Of a stretch of DNA of 64,000 nt, positions 57,079 through 64,000 are shown one piece after another (positions within the stretch are counted from its first letter, which is position 1; each line of letters starts with the position of its first letter). A model generated the notes under the pieces. It saw only the letters and a program-made list of their open reading frames with translations, did no database searches and was not told the DNA's origin. Source of the stretch: Elusimicrobiota bacterium (GTDB lineage: Bacteria > Elusimicrobiota > Elusimicrobia > UBA1565); NCBI GenBank assembly GCA_043827405.1, contig JBDRPD010000053.1:1-64000 (forward strand), read 5' to 3'. Both the position numbers and the translations under genes were made by a program.

Positions 57079-60000
57079 ATGCCCAGCATTCACGCCGCCA
57101 TAACGGCCTTTCTGTTCGCACTGCTCGCGCCCCGCACCCTGGCGGCGGAGAGCGCGCTTATCGGCACGCTGGAGGGCCATACCGATCACGCCGTCAACGC
57201 CTATTTCACGCCGGACGGGAAACAGTTGCTGACCATCGGCGAAGACCATACGGTCCGCCGCTGGGACGCCGCCTCCGGCGCCGAGCTCGTCGTCCACAGA
57301 TTCCACGATCCCGTTTCAGGCCTGTTCTATAAGGACGGCTACAAAGCCGCGGCCTTCCCGGAGCCCCACCGCCTGCAGATATGGAACCTCGCGACGGAAA
57401 AGCTGTTCGCCGACATCGAGGACTACAACGGCAAGATCCGGACTTTTCTTCTCGCACCGGATGGGCGCACCGCCGCGCTGCTGTCCTGGCAGGGAGAGGT
57501 TTCGCTGTGGGACCTGGACAAGCTCGACAGAATTGCGGTCCTCAACAGCGACCAGAAAGAGCGCGCCTGGTCCATTTCCCTCTCCCCGGACGGCCGGCAC
57601 CTGTTCGCCGGCGCCGGCGAGAAGGCGCATGTCATCATGCGGTGGGAGCTCGGCACCGGCAAGCTGCTGAGCTCCTGGACCGGACATACCAACAAAGTCC
57701 GCGACATCGCCTTCACTCCCGACGGCGCCAAGGCGCTCTCCGCCAGCGCGGACCATACGCTGCGGCTATGGGACATTTCCTCCGGCAAGACGCTGGCCGT
57801 CTGGAAGGGGCATACCAGCCAGATCTGGGCCGTCGACATCTCTCCCGACGGGAAGCGCGCGATATCGGCCGGCGCGGACTACGCCGTACGGCTATGGGAG
57901 GTGGAGACCGGACGTCAGCTGGCGGCCTGGTGGGGACATCAGGCCATCGTCCGCGACGTCACGTTCTCCCCCGACGGCACGCTGGCGGCCTCCGCGAGCG
58001 AGGACCATACGGTAAAACTCTGGAACGTCGAGGGACACGCGCGCATCGCCGCCTACCCCATACCTGAGCCGCCGCCCCCGCTCCCCGCGGGGCCGGGCAC
58101 GCCCGAAGAGCGGCTGGGGCGCATGCTGTTTTTTGATCAGCGGCTTTCCGGCGACACCCACCGGGACTGCGCCGTCTGCCACGCTCCCGAACTGGCCTTC
58201 GCGGACGGCCTGGAGCTGTCTTTGGGCGCGCAGAACGTGCTGTATTTCCGCAACACCCCTTCGCTCTACAACCTCGACGAGCTGAAGCTCCTTTATTGGG
58301 ACGGCCGCTTTCCCGCCGACGACCTGCCATCGCTGATCCGCGATCACATTTCCGAGGCGCATTTCATGAACGCCGACGGCCGCCTTATCGTGGAAAAGCT
58401 GCGCCAGGCGCCCGGCTATATCCGCGCCTTCCAGGAGGTATACGGCGAGGAGCCTTCCTATACCAAGGTCCTCGCCGCGCTGACCGCCTTCGTCCGTTCC
58501 ATCAAATCCGGCGCGTCGCCCTATGACCGGTATTTGGCCGGCGACGGCGACGCCCTGTCTCCCGCCGCCCGTCGAGGCTACGAGCTGTTCCTGGGCGATG
58601 CCGGATGCGCCCCATGCCATAGCGGCCCCATGCTCACGGACGGCAAGCTGCACGACCGCGGAGTGCCGGAGAACGAAGAGATCTACGATTCGCCCATGCG
58701 CCTCATATCGCTGCGCCGCTTCTTCAAGCTCCTCGGCGTAGAGGACTACGCCAATCTCCACCGCGACGTGGGCTTCTACGCTATATCGAAAAAACAGGAG
58801 GACATGGGCCGGTTCAGGACGCCCAGCCTGCGTGAAGTCGCACGTACGGCGCCGTACATGCATAACGGCCTGCTGCCTTCGCTCGATGACGCCGTTGCCC
58901 ACCAGAATCCGCGGCTGAGCCCGAGCGAGCGAAAAGACATCACGGCTTTCCTGGAATCTCTCACCAGCGCCACCACCGCCTATGTCTCCCCGCCGCTTCC
59001 GCGTTATGAACTGCGCCGTCGTGCCGCGGACAAGAGAACCGCGGCCGCCGCCGCTGCGGCAGAGGAACCGAAGTCCGCCTTTCCGCCCCTGGGCCCGCTG
59101 CCCCCGCCGCCGGTCCCTGCGGACAACCCGCTGACCGAGGAAAAAATCGAGCTCGGCAAGTTCCTGTACTTCGACAAACGTCTCTCGGGCAACGGCTACA
59201 CGTCCTGCGACACCTGCCACGAGCCGCCCAAAGGCTGGGCCGACGGCAGCGACCTGGCGCAAGGCTACCAGGGCACGCTGGACTGGCGCCATGCGCAGAC
59301 CTTGCTCAACGCCGCCTATTACACGAAGCTGGAATGGGACGGCGGCCAGCCGACCCTCGAGCAGCAGGCCAACGGAGCGATCACCTCGAATATTTCGGCC
59401 AACGGCGATCCGGAGATGATCGAGGAGCGGCTCGCCGCCACCCCGGAGTACGTCGCCATGTTCAAAAAGGCCTTCGGCGCCAAGCGCCCGACCTACGAGA
59501 ACGCGCTGAAGGCGATCGCATCTTTTGTCCGCGCCGTTCCGGTATCGCGCAACGTGCCGTTCGACAAGGGCGCTCTTTCCCCCGCCGCCCGGCGCGGCCG
59601 CAAGCTGTTCGAAGGCAAAGCCGGCTGCATCCAGTGCCACAACGGGCCGCTGGTCTCCGCTCAGGGATTTCACGCCACCGGCGTCCCCCGCAACCCCGGC
59701 CTGGACCACCTGCTGCTGCGGCAGATCACCGTGCGCTTTATGCATTCCAGCCGCGGCGTGCCGGAGGACATCTACCGGAACGCGGACTCCGATCCGGGCC
59801 TATACCTCAACACCCTGCGCCAGGAGGATATCGGTAAATTTCGCGCCCCGAGCCTGCGCGAGCTAAAGTACACCGCGCCGTATATGCATAACGGCATATT
59901 CCCGACGCTGGAAGCGGTGGTGGACTTTTACAATAAGGGCGGAGGCGAGACGCCCAACAAGACCCCGCTCCTTAAACCCCTGGAGCTCAACGCCGGCGAG

Positions 60001-60156
60001 AAACAGGACCTGATCGCCTTTCTGCTGTCTCTCAGCGGCGACGAAGTGCTGATCACGCCGCCGCTCATTCCGCGCTTCCACCCCGGTCATGGAGACGACG
60101 ATGACGAGAAGGAGGACCCGCATGCGGGCCGGGACGATGACCATAATGCGCATTGA
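57079..60156 (+). CDS. WD40-(CCP)2 fusion, copy 9, with a His/Asp-rich tail
   Basis: Signal peptide from ATG 57079; CAVCH, CAPCH, CDTCH, CIQCH; ends HPGHGDDDDEKEDPHAGRDDDHNAH. Confidence 0.92.
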   Translation: MPSIHAAITAFLFALLAPRTLAAESALIGTLEGHTDHAVNAYFTPDGKQLLTIGEDHTVRRWDAASGAELVVHRFHDPVSGLFYKDGYKAAAFPEPHRLQIWNLATEKLFADIEDYNGKIRTFLLAPDGRTAALLSWQGEVSLWDLDKLDRIAVLNSDQKERAWSISLSPDGRHLFAGAGEKAHVIMRWELGTGKLLSSWTGHTNKVRDIAFTPDGAKALSASADHTLRLWDISSGKTLAVWKGHTSQIWAVDISPDGKRAISAGADYAVRLWEVETGRQLAAWWGHQAIVRDVTFSPDGTLAASASEDHTVKLWNVEGHARIAAYPIPEPPPPLPAGPGTPEERLGRMLFFDQRLSGDTHRDCAVCHAPELAFADGLELSLGAQNVLYFRNTPSLYNLDELKLLYWDGRFPADDLPSLIRDHISEAHFMNADGRLIVEKLRQAPGYIRAFQEVYGEEPSYTKVLAALTAFVRSIKSGASPYDRYLAGDGDALSPAARRGYELFLGDAGCAPCHSGPMLTDGKLHDRGVPENEEIYDSPMRLISLRRFFKLLGVEDYANLHRDVGFYAISKKQEDMGRFRTPSLREVARTAPYMHNGLLPSLDDAVAHQNPRLSPSERKDITAFLESLTSATTAYVSPPLPRYELRRRAADKRTAAAAAAAEEPKSAFPPLGPLPPPPVPADNPLTEEKIELGKFLYFDKRLSGNGYTSCDTCHEPPKGWADGSDLAQGYQGTLDWRHAQTLLNAAYYTKLEWDGGQPTLEQQANGAITSNISANGDPEMIEERLAATPEYVAMFKKAFGAKRPTYENALKAIASFVRAVPVSRNVPFDKGALSPAARRGRKLFEGKAGCIQCHNGPLVSAQGFHATGVPRNPGLDHLLLRQITVRFMHSSRGVPEDIYRNADSDPGLYLNTLRQEDIGKFRAPSLRELKYTAPYMHNGIFPTLEAVVDFYNKGGGETPNKTPLLKPLELNAGEKQDLIAFLLSLSGDEVLITPPLIPRFHPGHGDDDDEKEDPHAGRDDDHNAH

Positions 60157-63154
60157 GCGCTGGGGCCTCCTGGCCTGCGCGCTGCTTCTCTCCCGGCCCG
60201 CCGCCGCTGCCAGCGGACCGCTGCTCGCCGTCTTGGAAGGCCATACCGACCTGGTCCGGCAGGCGGTCTTCACCCCGGACGGCACCCAGGTCCTGTCGAT
60301 CGGCAACGACCATGCGGTGCGCCGATGGGACGCCGCCGCAGGCCGCGAGCTCTCGGCCTTTCTCTCCGCGGACCCTGTGCTGAGGGTATTCGCGCAAGGA
60401 GCGCCGAAATTCGCCGCCTACACCCCGGATTACGCCATCATCATGCGCGATCTGACCTCGGGCAAGCGCCTGGCCGCTCTGCGCCGGCTCAACGACGAAA
60501 CGGAAGCCGTCGCGCTGACCCCGGACGGCCGCACCGCGGCGACGCTCTCCTACGAGGGCGAGGTCATCCTTTGGGATCTCAAGAAGGAACGCCGGCTCGC
60601 GGCGCCGGAAGCCAACGGCTCCGCCATCGCCTTTTCACCGGACGGCGGCAGCCTGCTGGTCGGCAAGCGCGACCATACCCTGCAGCTCTATTCTCTGCCG
60701 GGAGAACCGGCGGCGCCGGCCTGGCGCGGCCACCGCGGCGAGATCCTTGCCGTCGCCTTCTCGCCGGACGGCGGAAAAGCGCTCTCCGGCGCGCGCGACA
60801 ACACCCTCCGCCTCTGGGACGTGAAGACCGGAGCGGCGCTCGGCGTCTGGCGCGGCCATACGAGCCACGTCCTCGCTTTGGCGTTCTCCCCGGACGGGCG
60901 CCGGGCGCTTTCCGGCGGAGCGGACTACACCGTCCGGCTATGGGACGCCGCGGCGGGCCGGGAGCTCGCCGTCTGGTGGGGACACCAGGGAGCGGTCCGC
61001 GACGTGGCTTTCTCTCCCGACGGAAAGCGCGCCGTTTCCGCCGGCGAGGACCGGAGGCTCATGCTGTGGGACGCACGGGACGGCGCGGTGAGCAGCCGGC
61101 CCGGCGCCGGCGAGCAGGCGGCTCTTCCCCCCGGTCCGGGAACGCCCGAAGAACGGCTCGGCCGCCTGCTGTTTTTCGACAAGCGGCTGTCCGGCGACGA
61201 GGACGCCGACTGCGCCTTGTGCCATAACCCCGCCACAGCCTATACCGACGGCCTGCCGCTGGCCGAAAGCTATACCGCGCTCTACTTCCGCAATACGCCG
61301 ACCCTGCTCAATCTCGCGGCGCAAAAGCACCTGTACTGGGACGGCCGCTTCCCGGCCGACGACCTGCCCTCGCTTATCCGCGACCACATATCCGAAGCGC
61401 ATTTCATGAACGCCGACGGCCGCCTGATCGTGGAAAAACTGCGCCAGGCGCCCGGCTACGTGCACGCCTTCAAGGAAGTCTACGGCGGCGAGCCGTCTTA
61501 CTCCAGGATTCTTGCAGCTCTCAGCGCCTTCGTCCGGTCGCTGAAATCCGGCGCCCCGGCGGACGTTCTGACGCCCGCGGCGCGGCGCGGCCGGGACCTG
61601 TTCAACGGCGAGGCCGGCTGCGCCGGCTGTCACGCCGGCTCCGGCTTCACCGACGGCAAGCTGCACGCCCGCAAGGCTCCGCCCAATAAAGAAATTCTCC
61701 GGGAACCGCTGCGCCGCATCGCCCTGCGGCGTTTTTGCAAGGTCCTGGGCATCGAGAACTATGCCGAGGTACGCGAGGACCCGGGTCTCTACGCCGTCAC
61801 CAAGCGCCGGGAGGATAGCGGCAAGTTCAAAACGCCCGGCCTGCGGGAAGTCGCCCGCACCGCTCCCTACATGCACAACGGCTCGATCCGCAAGCTGGCA
61901 GACGCGGTCAAGCATGAAAATCCCCGGCTCAGCCGGCGCGAGCGAAAGGACATCGTCGCTTTTCTCGAAACGCTGTCCAGCGAGACGCCGCGATTTGATC
62001 CGCCGCTCGTGCCGCGCTACGCGGTCCAACCCCGGGACCTCCCCCCCGCGGCGGGAGCGGACTCGACCTGGGACGACGCCCCGGCGCCCGCACCCATCCG
62101 GGCCCGGGACTACCCGCCGCTTGGCCCGCTCCCGCCGGTCCCGGTCCCGGAGGACAACCCGCTCACCGACGAGAAAGTCCGGCTGGGAAAGCAGCTGTTT
62201 TTCGACGTGCGCCTGTCCGGCTCCCTGAGCCGTTCCTGCGCCTTCTGCCATGAGCCGGCGCTGGGCTGGGGAGACGGCAGCGACCTCTCGCAGGGCTACC
62301 GCCGGATGCTGCACTGGCGCAACTCCCAGACGCTGTTAAACGCCGCCTATTACAGCAAGCTGGAATGGGACGGCGCCTGGCCGAGCCTGGAGGAGCAGGC
62401 GCGCGGAGCGATCACCTCAAACATCAACGGCAACGGCGACCCGGCCACGATCGAGGAGCGCTTGGCCGAATCGCCGGAGTATGTGCGGATGTTCAAGCGG
62501 GCTTTCGGCGTGCAGCGGCCGAACTTCGAGAGCGTACTCAAGGCGCTCGCCTCCTTCCAGCGGGCGATCCCGATCTCGCGCAACGTCCCGTTCGATCAAG
62601 GAGCCCTCTCTCCCGCCGCGCGGCGCGGCCGCGAGCTGTTTGCCGGCAAGGCGGGCTGCATCGCCTGCCATAATGGACCGCTGGCCTCCGATCAGGGCTA
62701 CCATGCCACCGGCGTCCCGCGCAATCCGGCATTTGATCACATCGCCCTGCGCCGGATCGCCCTGCGCTTCCAGCATGTGACCCGGGGAGTTCCTGAGGAG
62801 GTGTTCCGGCGCGCCGAAACGGATCCGGGGCTGTATCTAAATACGCTGCGCAAGGAAGATAGCGGGAAGTTCCGGACCCCGAGCCTGCGTGAGCTCAAGT
62901 ATACCGCGCCCTATATGCATAACGGCGTATTCCCGACCCTGCAGAAAGTAATAGACTTTTACGACCAGGGCGGCGGAACGGCGGACAATAAAAGCCCGCT
63001 GCTCAGATCGCTGGGGCTGACCGCGGCGGAGAAGCTGGACCTGATCGCCTTTCTGGAAGCGCTCTCGGGCGAGGAAATCATGGTCACCGCGCCGGACGCG
63101 CTGGGACCGCACATAACGGCGACGGGACGCGCCGCGGATACGCCGCACCATTAA
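60146..63154 (+). CDS. WD40-(CCP)2 fusion, copy 10
   Basis: Signal peptide from ATG 60146; CALCH, CAGCH, CAFCH, CIACH. Confidence 0.92.
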   Translation: MRIERWGLLACALLLSRPAAAASGPLLAVLEGHTDLVRQAVFTPDGTQVLSIGNDHAVRRWDAAAGRELSAFLSADPVLRVFAQGAPKFAAYTPDYAIIMRDLTSGKRLAALRRLNDETEAVALTPDGRTAATLSYEGEVILWDLKKERRLAAPEANGSAIAFSPDGGSLLVGKRDHTLQLYSLPGEPAAPAWRGHRGEILAVAFSPDGGKALSGARDNTLRLWDVKTGAALGVWRGHTSHVLALAFSPDGRRALSGGADYTVRLWDAAAGRELAVWWGHQGAVRDVAFSPDGKRAVSAGEDRRLMLWDARDGAVSSRPGAGEQAALPPGPGTPEERLGRLLFFDKRLSGDEDADCALCHNPATAYTDGLPLAESYTALYFRNTPTLLNLAAQKHLYWDGRFPADDLPSLIRDHISEAHFMNADGRLIVEKLRQAPGYVHAFKEVYGGEPSYSRILAALSAFVRSLKSGAPADVLTPAARRGRDLFNGEAGCAGCHAGSGFTDGKLHARKAPPNKEILREPLRRIALRRFCKVLGIENYAEVREDPGLYAVTKRREDSGKFKTPGLREVARTAPYMHNGSIRKLADAVKHENPRLSRRERKDIVAFLETLSSETPRFDPPLVPRYAVQPRDLPPAAGADSTWDDAPAPAPIRARDYPPLGPLPPVPVPEDNPLTDEKVRLGKQLFFDVRLSGSLSRSCAFCHEPALGWGDGSDLSQGYRRMLHWRNSQTLLNAAYYSKLEWDGAWPSLEEQARGAITSNINGNGDPATIEERLAESPEYVRMFKRAFGVQRPNFESVLKALASFQRAIPISRNVPFDQGALSPAARRGRELFAGKAGCIACHNGPLASDQGYHATGVPRNPAFDHIALRRIALRFQHVTRGVPEEVFRRAETDPGLYLNTLRKEDSGKFRTPSLRELKYTAPYMHNGVFPTLQKVIDFYDQGGGTADNKSPLLRSLGLTAAEKLDLIAFLEALSGEEIMVTAPDALGPHITATGRAADTPHH

Positions 63155-63158
63155 AACT

Positions 63159-63356
63159 ATGACCGAGAAAAAGCACAAGCCGCTGGGACACCGCCTCAAG
63201 GAGAACCTGGAGGTCCTGAAGGAAATATACGCCCTGATCAAGCTGCATAAGCGCTGGGCGCTTCTGCCCGTCTTTCTCGTCCTGGCCGTGCTCAGCCTGT
63301 TTATCACTTTGGCGGGCGGCAGCTCCGTCCTCCCGGCGATCTACGCGCTGTTCTAA
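63159..63356 (+). CDS. DUF5989 / SxtK-like small membrane protein
   Basis: KRWALLPVFLVL...SSVLPAIYALF signature. Confidence 0.82.
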   Translation: MTEKKHKPLGHRLKENLEVLKEIYALIKLHKRWALLPVFLVLAVLSLFITLAGGSSVLPAIYALF

Positions 63357-64000
63357 TGGTCCGGCTCCTGCTTTTTGCCGCGGCCGCTTTCGCTTTCGCC
63401 GCCGAAACAGACAGCGCCCTAATACGATCCTTCGCCGGCCACCGGGACCTCGTTAACAGCGTCGCCGTGTCGCATGATGGACGGAGGATGGCATCCGGCA
63501 GCGCCGACCTCACCATCCGGCTGTGGGACATCGCGACCGGCAAGCAGCTATCGCTGTGGAAAGGGCATACGGTCGAAGTGAACATGGTCGTTTTCTTCCC
63601 CGACGACAAGAAGCTGCTGTCCGCCGGCGCCGACAACAACATCTACCTGTGGGACGCCGCGACGGGAAAAAATCTCGCGATCTGGCACGGCCATACCGAC
63701 GACGTCAATGCTATCGCCGTCTCACCCGACGGCACCAAAGCGCTTTCCGGCGGCCACGACGGCTACGTGCGGCTATGGGACACGGCGACCGGGAAACTGC
63801 TCGCCTCCTGGCTGGTCGACAACTTCGTCTACGCCGTCGCCTTCTCTCCCGACGGCAGCAAAGCGCTTTCCGGACAATGGGACAAGACGCTCAAGCTGTG
63901 GGACGTCGCGACCGGGAAGCTCCTCGCCACCTGGAGGGGCCATACCGACAAGGTCTACGCCGTCGACTTTACTCCCGACGGGAAAACCGCGCTGTCGAGC
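63356..64000 (+). CDS. Secreted WD40-repeat protein, partial (possible copy 11)
   Basis: TAATG coupling; MVRLLLFAAAAFAFAA signal; GH..WD repeats including GQWDKTLKLWD..WRGH as in the array; open to the window end. Confidence 0.85.
   Translation, partial: MVRLLLFAAAAFAFAAETDSALIRSFAGHRDLVNSVAVSHDGRRMASGSADLTIRLWDIATGKQLSLWKGHTVEVNMVVFFPDDKKLLSAGADNNIYLWDAATGKNLAIWHGHTDDVNAIAVSPDGTKALSGGHDGYVRLWDTATGKLLASWLVDNFVYAVAFSPDGSKALSGQWDKTLKLWDVATGKLLATWRGHTDKVYAVDFTPDGKTALSS

Noticed and set aside
39347..62314. Long antisense ORFs over the array (e.g. 40945-43290, 50424-52580, 57892-59745)
   Set aside because: Shadow frames of high-GC genes with no motifs; the same applies to 511-1587, 2724-4325 and 10155-12479
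31918..63154. Array as an assembly artefact or as the target of a diversity-generating retroelement
   Set aside because: Copies differ throughout, with distinct signal peptides and indels; no reverse transcriptase or adenine-specific template/variable repeat pair seen

Overview
High-GC bacterial window; an Elusimicrobiota/Omnitrophota-like origin is weakly suggested by a TTYYPAPYG-motif gene at the left edge. Left half: an SGNH-TPR gene divergent from a PP-loop / SxtJ-like / carbamoyltransferase / DUF5989 cassette; a molybdenum-cofactor operon (moaC-moaD-moaE-mobA-moaA-tatA-moeA-Crp/Fnr) behind a Moco-type riboswitch; a HemN-like radical SAM fusion; two aminotransferases; a GT2 plus DUF6798-like membrane pair; two B12-radical SAM genes with a U32 pair and a pentahaem cytochrome. 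About 23.7-28.0 kb is an accessory patch delimited by a dispersed ~190-bp repeat: XRE + nucleotidyltransferase, AAA-DUF4143 ATPase, an AMMECR1 remnant and a cystatin-MliC fusion. A second PP-loop / SufS / SGNH-TPR cassette follows. The right half (31.9-64 kb) is the standout: ten complete ~1000-aa paralogues, plus the start of a possible eleventh, mostly translationally coupled. Each has a signal peptide, a WD40 propeller and two tandem di-haem cytochrome c peroxidase/MauG-family modules (4 CxxCH). The modules resemble a fused IdrP1/IdrP2-type pair (from recall). The array is interrupted once by two Cys-rich, probably metal-binding genes. All family assignments come from motif reading, not database searches.
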